Shown: positions 26,530-37,649 of the stretch, one piece after another
How the letters are laid out: every line of letters begins with the position of its first letter
Numbering within the stretch: position 1 is the stretch's first letter
Program-made: the position numbers and the translations under genes
Notes under the pieces: generated by a model
Databases searched by the model: none
What the model saw: the letters and a program-made list of their open reading frames with translations, nothing else
What the model was told of the DNA's origin: nothing
Assembly (NCBI GenBank): GCA_002633005.1
Contig: NMRA01000297.1
Span: 276,993-340,992 of the forward strand
DNA length: 64,000 nucleotides
DNA from: Phoronis australis
Taxonomy: Eukaryota > Animalia > Phoronida
Reading direction: 5' to 3'

Positions 26530-26990
26530 ATTTCTCCCATACGCGTTGATTCTGTCGAGGGAAATACGGCTATGTAATAAAGTTTTCCGTATTCACCTCC
26601 CGCACTACTTCAACAGTGACTTCTGACATGAAAAGTTCAAAAGGTAGATGAATGTCGATTCGACGTCTTCAGCCGGTTCGATCATCAAAATTTCCGAATA
26701 TAACGAACACTAACACTCGGCATGCAACCAGGCCCTAAACATAAAATATGGAAAAAAACTGTTAATTATATGTTACTTTTAAAACTGTTTCTTTTACAAG
26801 AGAAAATTTGCAACCTAACGCGCAAGTAGGCTTATATACATATAGGATGTGATCCGCCATGTGAACAGTCTGGGTCAAGTATTTAAAAAATCTGCCAAAA
26901 ATGTAAAAAACTTAGGAATTCGAACCGTATGGGATAAACACAAAACGTACCTCGATTGGCGTACATGAAGTAATATCCCACTTCAAACTA
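26530..26990. repeat. Composite of dispersed repeats
   Basis: ~26530-26695 matches ~55595-55760 inverted; ~26775-26985 matches ~48760-48960 direct. Confidence 0.7.
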
Positions 26991-27068
26991 AACACTTAGC
27001 GAGTTAATTCAAACTAGAGTTTCTCTATTCTTACACAAAATACTGATGTGAAATTTCGCCTTACAAGA

Positions 27069-27098
27069 TTAAACGTTCATTAGTTTTGTTACATCTGT
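27069..27098 (-). CDS. KCNIP: KChIP-like, candidate terminal exon (TDVTKLMNV*)
   Basis: Strong acceptor TTCTTTTTTGTAG 138 bp after the previous donor, phase 0. Only weakly like the usual DENIMRSLQLFxNVI tail. Confidence 0.4.
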   Translation of the reverse strand, partial: TDVTKLMNV

Positions 27099-27236
27099 CT
27101 ACAAAAAAGAAACTGCGGTGAACACATTTGGGAAAGTAAAGATACGACAGAGACACGAAATACAGTGAAAACTCATGCTACATGTAAGAAATTGTTCCAT
27201 ACACCTATGTTTATAGTACGTAACATGCATACTGAC

Positions 27237-27299
27237 CTGTACGCACGCATCCATGAATTCTTCAAAAGATATTTCGCCATTACTGTTTTTGTCCATTCG
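27237..27299 (-). CDS. KCNIP: KChIP-like exon, EF-hand 4
   Basis: 63 bp, AG/GT bounded; RMDKNSNGEISFEEFMDACVQ. Confidence 0.93.
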
Positions 27300-27458
27300 C
27301 TGAAACATGACATTAGCAAAATGTTTAATCAACTATATGCTTGGAATACGGTACACTTTCTCAACATATGTATGAGCGCCAGTTGTGTTAGCGCGTGACG
27401 CATTCTTTTCTATTTATTGTTTCGTACAGTAAGAATTGTTGTGAACAGGAATACAAAC

Positions 27459-27671
27459 CTTGAAGACGTACTCCACGCGATTCTGAACTGACTCTTCGTC
27501 AACCACTGGTTCACAATTTGGTCCCATCATGTCGTATATTGCGGACACAACCTCTACCATTTCATCCTTTGTAACGATACCATCTCTGTTGACGTCATAC
27601 AATTTAAAGGCCCACTGCAATCTCTCTGTCACATGCCCACGTGACAAAACGGAAAGGCCCTTGATAAATTC
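27459..27671 (-). CDS. KCNIP: KChIP-like exon, EF-hand 3 region
   Basis: 213 bp, AG/GT bounded; EFIKGLSVLSRGHVTERLQWAFKLYDVNRDGIVTKDEMVEVVSAIYDMMG...VEYVFK. Confidence 0.95.
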
Positions 27672-27982
27672 CTGTTGAAAACATGAAGCGTTCATATCAA
27701 TTTTCGGTGAAACAAGCGTCCGGCTTATGTTCCTGTTCTCGAAACTGACTTTAAATTAACACTTTAAATTAAAGGGAAATTATTGGTTTCGTGGCCAAAC
27801 CCATCGCTTTTTGGGATTACTGTTATTAAAGTTTTGATCAGAGATATAAAAAAATAGTATCCGTGGTGTTGGTGTGATTTTATTACAAGACGTCATTTCT
27901 CACCTGTATTTGTCTACCACATATTCGCGGAAATCAAGACCGTTGATTTTGCCTGTTAAATATGCTTCAAAAGCTACATAAT

Positions 27983-28060
27983 GAGTACCGTATAGCTCGT
28001 CATCAAGAGATTTGATCGCCAATGCGAAGAGTCACGGTTCGAGTCCGCACTGGGGCTAAT
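27983..28060 (+). mobile_element. tRNA-derived SINE-like head
   Basis: A-box-like TAGCTC and B-box GGTTCGAGTCC at tRNA spacing, without a good cloverleaf. Confidence 0.45.
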
Positions 28061-29069
28061 TTTAGAAATCAAATTTCTCGCCGTTAATGTCACTTTAACC
28101 AGCTGGGAATAAATGAACTTTCAAGACAACATTCATTCTTGCTTGCCGACATAGTAGAGTTTGTTGAGCAAAAGGTGGTCCTGATCCTGTAAGAATATGC
28201 TCACAGTAACTTTGTACGCGCAAGACTGGATTTCACATCGATCTTTTGTACAAGACCTGTGTACGTGCAGTATTGGTTTTCACCTCGAACTCATGGAAAA
28301 CACATCGTAGGTAGCGTGATGCGACGAAACAGCTGTAAAATTGCGCCGACTATAACGTTTCTTGGCAGACGATTTTGTTATCAACACTAATCTCAGAAGT
28401 AAAAGTTGTCATTATAAAGCCTGTTTTCCAAAACGGAGCCAATGACGCTTTCAGGTTTCGAAACATAAATAACGAAAAGGAACTTCGCATTAATTAATAT
28501 ATTGTACTTAATACCAAAGTACGCCAAAACCAATCGCATGCTTAAACAGCCACCGAGTGACGGTAGTGGGCACTGTTGCCACGTGTTGCATGTTCGTCAC
28601 TGACTGGGACTCAGTGTTGTCAAGTAAGCAAGATTTCGAGCAACCCCGAAAATCAAGCAGACATGCAACTTCCCGCAGTCACTGAGCCACGGCGAATTTA
28701 TTCGGACAACCTGAACACACTAAAATAATGACTAATCCCGAAATTGTGTGGTTTTCATACAGCAGTAGTTACATTACGTGTTCATACCCTGTCCAACCAG
28801 AGAGAAGAAAGCCTTTATCTTTATCCCATTTAAGTCGATGATCCAAACTACAAACTGAGCTGACAATTAATCGTCCTGTTGGAAATGTCGACAAAGTGAT
28901 CTGTGTCTTCAAAGTCACTTATAGTGTCTCACCCGAAGTGTAGAATACCCTACTTTGACGGTAGCGTTGTTGGTGCATCTGATTTGCTGTGGGGGTGCCG
29001 AGAATTTGATACTGGCTTCATTCACGACGTCTCATTCAGTGCATAGACGACCATAAAGCGGCACTCAAT

Positions 29070-30805
29070 ACAAGAGCAATGCGCCCACGAATGCATCGCA
29101 AATGGTGTGCTTTTAGGGTTATTTATTTGTATCATAAAAATGGCCACTAAAAGGCGCAAAAACGTACAATCCATCCAAAAACGGGATCACGCAATATTTC
29201 ATAAAATTTGTCAAGGAACTTCAGAGAAACAAAGGAAAACAAAACAAAATGAAACTGGCACTTGTGGGCACAGCGTCCATTCGATCCGCCTGACAGCCAT
29301 CGTCTGTTATCTTCACATAAATTCACTCACTAAATTTAATAAAGATCCTGCAGTGTGTTTTGGAGATACAGTTATGAGCAAAAAACAAAACAAAACTACC
29401 ACTAGGAGGCGCCACAGTAGTCAGTCGCCATCAACAAACGTTCTCTTCACACTGAAAACATATAGGCCAATTTTCAAAACCATCCCCTAGAATAATCGAG
29501 GGGTAGACGCCAAAAACGAGATTTGAAAATAGCAAAAATGGCCACCAGGTGGCGCAAAATACCTCGATTCCATCCAAAAACAGGTAGACAGCGTCATCTC
29601 ATCAAACGATGCCTATATTCAAAATTTTATGAAAATCTGTTGAGGACCTTTGAAGATACAGCCTGATAAACATAAAAGAACTAAAATTGCCACTAGGGGG
29701 CACACCAGAAGTCAGATCCTCCGGTGTCAACATCATATACATGTAAATACACTTGCTAAATTAAGTAAAGATCCAGCAAACGGTTTAGGAGATACAGCGC
29801 TAAGCGCAAAAAAATTGCCACTAGGAGGCGCTTCACTTGGCAAACTCGTCGGAAAATAATCGTCAGCCATACACTTCAGAGTAAAAACATACATGCCAAT
29901 TTTCACAATTATCCTGAAAGCGGTTTGGTTGATAGACTAGTGGACGCCAAAAATATACTCGAAAACAGCAAAAGTGGCCACTAGGTGGCGCAAACAAGGT
30001 CGAATCCATCTGAAAACGATGAGATAGCATCATCTTATTAACAGATGCCTGTATGCCAAATTTTATGAAAATACGTTGAGGACCTTTGAATATAAAGAGG
30101 GAAACGTAAAAAAATGAATTTGCCACTATCTGGCACACCAGTAGTCAGATCCGTCCGAAAGTTGTTGTCGTCCATTGTCAACATCATATAATTACACTTA
30201 CTAAATTTAGTAAAGATCCTTCGAACAGTTTAGAAAATACAGCCATAGGCGCAAGAAATAAAACTGCCACTAGGAGGCGCCACAGTAGTCGAAATCATCG
30301 GAAAATCATCGTCAGCCGTCCACTTCATAGTCAGAACATACGTGCCAATTTTCACAATCATCCTTTGAGAGGTTTGGTTGATAGAGAGGTGGACGCAAAT
30401 AACAGACTCGAAAACAGTAAAATGCCCACTAGGCGGCGCAAACTATGTTGAATCCATCCGAGAACGGTACGACAGCGTCATCTCACTAATAGGTGCCAAT
30501 ATACCAAATTTTATGAAAATCCATTCAGAACTTTTGAAGATACAATGGTAAACGTAAAAAAGCTAAAATTGTCACTTGGGGGCACACCGGTAGTCGGATC
30601 CGTCCGAAAGTTCGTTCATGCCGTCCCATCCACGAAAGGAACACGTGCAAAATTTCATGAAGATACGTCGAGGCGTTTTAGAGATAGAGCAGCGGACGCC
30701 GGACGCCAGACACCGGACGGGCGGACGGACGCACGCACGGACGCACGCACGGACGCATAGACGGAGATGACGGCATAATGCGTCCACTTATTAATATGTG
30801 GGCAC
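29070..30805 (+). mobile_element. pearl/HINE-like (Helentron-associated) element with internal tandem array
   Basis: Starts ACAAGAG; ~115-160-bp subunits forming a ~440-bp higher-order repeat; (GGAC/GCAC)n microsatellite at ~30715-30765 near the 3' end. Confidence 0.65.
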
Positions 30806-31719
30806 CTCCTGGGTTGGCTGGACATTTTATGTTCTGTGCTACATGTGAAGGCTATGATCAGGGCATTTGCTCGATTTCTGAATCTGTTCTCAGTGAAAGA
30901 TTGTCACCACTTTTCTCTCAGTCGTGGTTTTCTCAAACATTTAATGATTGCAAGAGGGACGTTGGCATTTAGCAAGAAGGTACCATTCAGAATCTTTGAA
31001 TTTGTGAAAACTCTGAATAGTCGAAACTCACATCATTTCACATGATTTCTGGATAGAATCTCGGGAGTTTTGGCACACTTAATGTGATGTCTTTCAGTTC
31101 TTAGTAATCGCATGCAAATGGTGGCTTTGGGGTGAAATGTGCTGATTTGACTGGCTTTGGTTCGTTTTTTCATGTAGGTGACAGCACTTCCAGTAGTCGT
31201 AAAAGATTTTGACTTTGGAATGAGTTTCAATAGACTTTGTGCAAGGTTTTTGACATTTTGGTCCATTATACTCTTCAAAATTTCAGGGTTTGTAAATCCT
31301 GTAAAACGGACTGTTGGAGCTGACATGAACTGGTTTTTCAAACCCCAAACCAGCAAAAACTGTTGGGTGCCACCTAAAGCATATAACCAGAGGGCCACCT
31401 ACCGTCACTCTGTGACACCTCAGAATGCGATTGGAGTTGACCTTCATATATCCTTCAGTGGTAGGGGAAAACACCCACTGTTTTCACAACAAAGAATCCT
31501 TCCATGTATTGTATTCGAAAGCATCCATGTCTCTCAAAAACAAAATCATCTCAACCAGCTTTACTACAACTCTAGCCATGATTCTCAGTCGTAGTGACGG
31601 AATGGACCTCCGATTCCTTCTGCCCACATTTGACGATTGTGTAAGTTCCAATCGAACGATTATTTGTTTGTACACTACGTTTTTGCTATAGTTTAATGAG
31701 GAACAACACAAAGAACGCA

Positions 31720-31772
31720 AAAACATCTAGTCCAACGTTTCAGCGTTCAAACTTGAACCATCTTCAGGGTCT
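31720..31772 (-). mobile_element. Penelope-like terminal motif
   Basis: Minus strand CCCTGAAGATG-GTTCAA-GT-TTGAAC-GCTGAAACGTTGG; decayed coding-like sequence follows to ~30830. Confidence 0.4.
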
Positions 31773-33589
31773 CAGAATAAGTTCAAAGGAAAAATGTTGT
31801 AACCTAAAGTTACATCGAAATGCAAGAATCCAACACCTATCGTACCTCTAGTTGGAATGTTGTTCAAGGACATCTCCCTGACACTTTTGTGAGCAAACAA
31901 CCGACTTTATTATTGTCACCTGCTGAGAACTGAGTGTTAGGAATTCTCATTGTCATGAGCTGTGATCATACAGGAGGCAAACATCAACTTCAGTTCTGTC
32001 TTGCTTGTTATGCTCATCCAGTTTACTACTTAATGCGTGTACACGTGTCTTTTCTTTTTTGTACCATGTACCTTAAGTGACTTATAAGCCCCGTGGAGGG
32101 CTGGGTGTTCCTAGTCTTTGTAACGTATTCATTGTTTAAATTCATTTGAACACATGACACTATAATAAAAAATTACTACTCACTACTACTACTACTACTT
32201 AAACTCCTTAGTTGTTGTCGTACCAACATTGTTCTATACATGTTTAATTACTTTCAGTAAACAAGCTTGTGATGTCTCTCGCTGATCTACGCCAATAAGC
32301 TCTTGAAAACGAAGTGAATACCATATACATGGGGGTCATCTTCATGAACTTGAATTTTCTGAAGATCACTAACCTTTGTTGCCTTAGTACGAATTTTTTT
32401 TCTTAAATTACGCAAATGTTGTCAAAATTTGGCCGCGGTATTTTTAACTAGTTTGCCCGAATCGACAGTAACTGCTCCCTCCCAGACCGGTATTAGTGTA
32501 GCACGGCGAAAAAAACATTGCTCATAGAAAAAGAAATATGGCGCACGATCAGTGGCGGATCTAGATTTCATAAGAGGAGCTCCACAATTTGTCTCGCGAT
32601 TGTAGAAGCGCGTAGCCGCTCGCCGAATGGGGTAGGGTCAGGAGGGGGTTTCCCTTTCCGCCCAGGGGAATTTTTTTTTTGCTTATGAAAACAAGATTTT
32701 TCTGAATTATAATCATTTGTTGACGGCCCTACTTTGGCCAGGTGGCTATTTGCGCGGCAACATCCCAAATTGCATTCTGTAATCCAACGACGCCGCACGG
32801 CAAATTTTCAACTCTCAAATTGCCACTAAAACGCCCTTGATTCTAGACTTTCACCTGCTTTACGTATTTTTGTCCCGATGGCTAAAAGATACACAAACAT
32901 ATAAACAATTTATGTAATCATGGCGACTAATCAAATGACATGTTTGTATATGATAACACTACGTGTATTAACATCATTTATTGGTCATTCAGAATGTCCT
33001 CGCTAAGTTCAGATCCAGTGAATGACAAGATTTGTCGGAGATGGTTCGTTCGCGTCACGAATGCAACGTTGCCCGTTCACACCACCGCTACAGCGTTACA
33101 AAACTATCACGTGTACGTAAACATATCCAGCCGTCGGTTTACGGAAGAGGTATGTATACAGAGATCATGAAAGTGGCAGTTAAACTAACATGTCGTGAAG
33201 ACCGACGACGTGGATACAATATAGTTTTCTTCACTATCATGGCAGCACCTGGTAATTTGACTTGCTTCGCGAGCTGTTGACAATTATCAGAATATTGATT
33301 GACATTGTTTTAGTTGTATTGTTTTGTTTTGTTGTACTGTTTGATTGGCATGACCTCTGCGTTCAGTACATTGATGATATAATTTGTTTACAATAGTATA
33401 GTGTGGAACTTCCTGGAAGACTCTAGCATGACATTGGTTAATACAGTCTGGAATATTCTAGAGAGTAGTATATGTTTGTAGAATGATTGGGTAGATTCTG
33501 GAAAAGTCTAGAAAGTGCTTGAATTGGTGAAAAGTGCTAGAACATTGCATAAGTATATAAATACACAAGCACGGGCTTGTATTAGTCAG

Positions 33590-33930
33590 TTAAATAGTTA
33601 AACATTTGAAGAGTTGCAGTGAAGAGAATCAACAGTTACAGCGAGAGTCTGTAGAGAGCCAGCTATAAATACAGCAGGTTATTTGAATCAGTGAGTGTAA
33701 CAAATGCTGGAAGCGTCTCAGAAGTTTATCACAAGTCAAGGCTTCGCAGCACTGGCTGGAGCGTAGAACAGACATTACGTCGGACGTTTTGTTTGAGTAA
33801 GCTTGTGAACTTACTGTCGATATTAATAAAGGATTAAGTCGAACCAGTCTTCAGTCTATCATCGCACCAAAAGCTATTAGCACCGGTCTGTAACAACCTG
33901 CGCCCAACCATACACGGGGAAAACGTGACA
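33590..33930 (+). repeat. 5' LTR of the Gypsy element (part shared with the 3' LTR; true start is upstream and uncertain)
   Basis: Roughly 85-90% similar to 36630-36979; ends ...GTGACA; contains AATAAA; TATATAAA at ~33554. Confidence 0.8.
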
Positions 33931-36629
33931 CGCCAGGAGTGAACTGACGGTAACAAGGTGTGATAAAGCGGACTGTTGGAATTAGCGACTCACTATGGAG
34001 ACAAGATCTCAACTAAGGGAGTTGATGGCCCTCGGACAAGAAATGGGTCTGCAGGGAGACAACCTTAGACAGTTTGTTGAAAAACAACAAGATGAGGCCC
34101 CTGTTGAGGCTGAGGCTGAGGCGGAGGAGAGAAGGCAAGCTTGTGAAGCTGAGGAGAGAATACAAACTTATGAGGCTGAGGCCGAGGAAAGGAGGAAAGC
34201 CCGCGAAACCAAACAGGAGATGGAGAGAGAAAGAATAGAACATGAGAGGGTGCTAGCAGCATTCAAGGCTGAACAGGTAGCAGGTGAGGTTAACCAAGTT
34301 AGGATAACTGGTGGCGTCAAGCCGAAGCTACCCAAGTTTGACGAAAGGCAGGACGATCTCAGTCCCCTGTTAACAGGTATGGGCCTGCAGGTTTCCACCA
34401 GCCTGCCGATGGCTAATGCACTGGATTGTGCTAAACTCAAAAGAGCCTTTGCTGAAGCGGTATGAGCTGACAAAGGAGGGCGTTAGCAGACACTTCCAGG
34501 AAGCGAGGGCTGAGAAGGGCGAGACAGCTTGCCAGTTTGTGGCCCGCATACAGCGTTACCTAGACAGGTGGATCGACAAGTCCGACCTTGGCAAAGACTT
34601 TGCTGAGTTGAGAGACCTGCTAGCGCGTGAGCAGTACGTTACTACCTGTACTAAAGACTTGGCCTTGTTCCTGCGAGAGCGGACACCCAAGTCTGTTCCA
34701 GAGATGGTCGGCTTAGCAGAGAGATTTATTGAGGCCCATGGAGTGGATACAACGAGCACTCAGTCAAAAAAGTCCCAAGAACGACCAGTCAAGACAGACA
34801 CTAAGAGAGTAGACCAGAAGAAAACTGACCTCACAGAGGATAGGTGCTTCTTCTGTCACAAAGCTGGGCACCTGGCTAGAGACTGTCGGAAGCGGACACA
34901 AGGGAAGCAACACCAAAAGTCACCAGCGGTCAACCACCGAGGTTCCCAGAGTAAGAAGGGGTGTCTGAAGCGTGCTAACCCCGAACGCGCCTTCAAAGGA
35001 AAGCTGCGTCTGAAGGAGGGGTATGTTGGCACGAAGGAGGTCTCAGTGTTGAGAGACACAGGCTGCACAACCGTTGTCGTTTAATCCAGTCTAGTCGAAC
35101 CAAGAGATATTACCTGCCGGAAGTGGTCATGCGAGTTGGCAAATTCAACCAGAAGATGGCTGCCTGTTGCACAGATCAACATCAAGACATCGTGCTACAC
35201 GGGAGAAGTGTTTGCTATTTGTATGGAGCGTCCAGTGGCTGATTTGATTATCGGGGACGTACCTGGCGCATTGGACCGAGTGGATGCTGAGCGACAGCAG
35301 ACGGCAACTACTGTCAGCAAGGACGGTGCAGGCAAGAGCCTGGTGGAGGGTCCAAAAGACGACTCTCAAAAGGGTACTTCTTCACAAGAGGAAAACCCGG
35401 TGACCTTGGCTCCAGACGAAAAAGAGGTGGCCGACATATAGGTAAGAGCGGATCCTGATGAATCCAGCAGGGAAGCGGTAGCAATGACTACCAGAGCTCA
35501 GGAAGAGCAACAAAAAGTGGATATTAAGCCGTTAGCTGTGTCTCCAACCATACACGAGGTGGGACTAAAGTAGTTCAAAGAAGCCCAGCGTAAAGATTCA
35601 TCGATTAAAAAGTTAGGGGAGCAAGCTGAAGCCAAAGTTCAGCGACAGACCAAAGGCAAGGTCATACGTGATGGAGTTTCAACAAGGAATACTCTATCGA
35701 ACGTTCAATAAGTAAGACGGTGACGAGGTGGACAAAGTTGTCGTGCCGTACGGAAGTCCGTGTTCTGCACTCGGTGTATACCTTGGTGTTAGGAAGACAA
35801 CTGACCGTATCACCAGTACTTTCTATTGGCCAGGAGTGGCATCAGAAGTGACCAGATTCTGTAGATCATGCGACATCTTCCAGAAGACAATAACGAAAGG
35901 TGGAATCACCAAGGTACCCTTGGGAGCGATGCCTTTGACGGAGAACCCTTTCAGGAGGATCGCGAGTGATCTGATTGGACTTGTTGCTCCATTTTCGAAA
36001 AAGGAAACTGATACATTCTCACGCTGGTAGATTTTGTCACCAGATACCCGGAAGCAGTGGTGCTACCGAAGATTGAGACAGAGCGTGTGACTGAAGCATT
36101 ATTAGAAGTTTTCAGTAAAGTAGGGTGCCCACGAGAGACCCTGAGTCACCCTGGAACGCAATTTACAGCGGAACTGAAGAAGGAGGTCAGCAGGCTTGTG
36201 AGTGCACAGCAGCTGTACACGACCCCTTACAATCCACGCTGTAACGGACTCTGTGAAAGAATCAACGGTGCTCTAAAAGCATGCTGAAGAAGATGTGTCA
36301 AGAAAGACCAAAGTGACCGGTTTCTGCCCGCTGTCCTGTTTGCTAACCGGGAACTCCCGCAATAAATCACCTTTGAGTTGCTATACGACAGGACAGTAAG
36401 AGGTCCGTTATAAATAATGAGCGAACTCTGGACAGGGAAAGATAGCAGCGAAGTCCGCAATACTTACCAGTATGTCCTCGTGCTCAGGAACTGCTTATAT
36501 AGAGGAGACTTGTGAGTTGGCTAGAAAAATGTTTATCAAATGCGCAAGGTATTCACAAGCATTACTACAAGAAAGTCAGTGAAAAGTCATTTAAGAAGTT
36601 CAAGACTTCAACAGTAAAGCAGTTAACAT

Positions 36630-36979
36630 TTAAATAGTTGAGAGAATTACAGTTGAGTTGCAGTGAAGAGAATCAGCAGTTAAAGCGAGAGTCAATGATA
36701 GCCAGCTATAAAGACAGCAGGTTATTTGAATCAGCGAGTGTAACAGTTGCTGGAAGTATCTCAGAAGTTCATCACAAGTCAAGGTTCCACAGCACTGGCT
36801 GGAGCATAAAACAAACATTACGACGGACGTTTTGTTTGAGTAGGCTTGTGAACGTAGGGTCGAGATTAATAAAAGGATTAACTCGAACCAGTCTCCAGTC
36901 TATCGTCGCACCGAAACTGAGCTACTAGCACCGGTCTGTAACAACCTGCGCCCACCCACACAAGGGGAAAAATGTGACA
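36630..36979 (+). repeat. 3' LTR (5'-truncated)
   Basis: Direct repeat of 33590-33930 ending TGTGACA. Confidence 0.85.
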
Positions 36980-37649
36980 GCAATAAATTGACTCACGGTC
37001 ACAAAGTCGCCCGTGTGCTTGAACAGTAGCCGCAGTATTTATGGCCACGAATCTAGTGTTACCTGTGTGTGCGAAAAGTCAGCATCCAAGGACAGCAACC
37101 GCGATTTGTGTGTTTGTGGTCCCCGACTCCAGCCATTTTCTGTCAATTAGAATGGATAAATTCCCCTCTTGGAATGTCAGAGAACACTCGTCGAATGTTA
37201 ATAGTTAGGGCTATTTGGGGAACTAGCCCACAATTAATTGTCACCCAAACAAAGCTGGTCGTTGACTAGCTCCTTTATAGAGACTAGACAACTCCGCAGA
37301 TCATGACAGCTCGTGATTGTAATAAAAAGGTCACTTATTGGTCCCATCTTCGCTATCGTCTTTTATTTTTTACCCCTCTGAGAACCTTTAAGAGCTTACC
37401 CTAAGTGCATACTGCGCTGGTGTTAGTTCCGTAGTATATACAAACCACTGATACTAGCCATCTCTACCGGCTGTACACGTTGCATAGTATTATACCGGTA
37501 CTTATAGAAAAATTCGCCATGTGCAGAGAAAAAAACATTAAGAATTCTCACCATGACCCTGTGTCTCAAAAAGAATTTTATTAATACATCTTACTAGATT
37601 TAACAGCCTTTAGTATACCTGTTGCTAAGAAACAAGCCAAAAATTAAAA

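Larger units (their letters stand above)
33590..36979 (+). mobile_element. Decayed Gmr1-like Ty3/Gypsy LTR retrotransposon (gag-PR-INT, RT/RNase H missing)
   Basis: Gag with SCAN-like region and CCHC knuckle (CFFCHKAGHLARDC), protease LRDTGC, integrase Zn region (FYWPGV...CRSCD) and core (PF.RIA.DLIG; GTQFT; PYNPRCNGLCERING). Frameshifted. Confidence 0.9.

Noticed and set aside
33190-33590. Exact 5' LTR start and TSD of the Gypsy element
   Set aside because: Several TG candidates, none flanked by a duplicate of the sequence after the 3' LTR.
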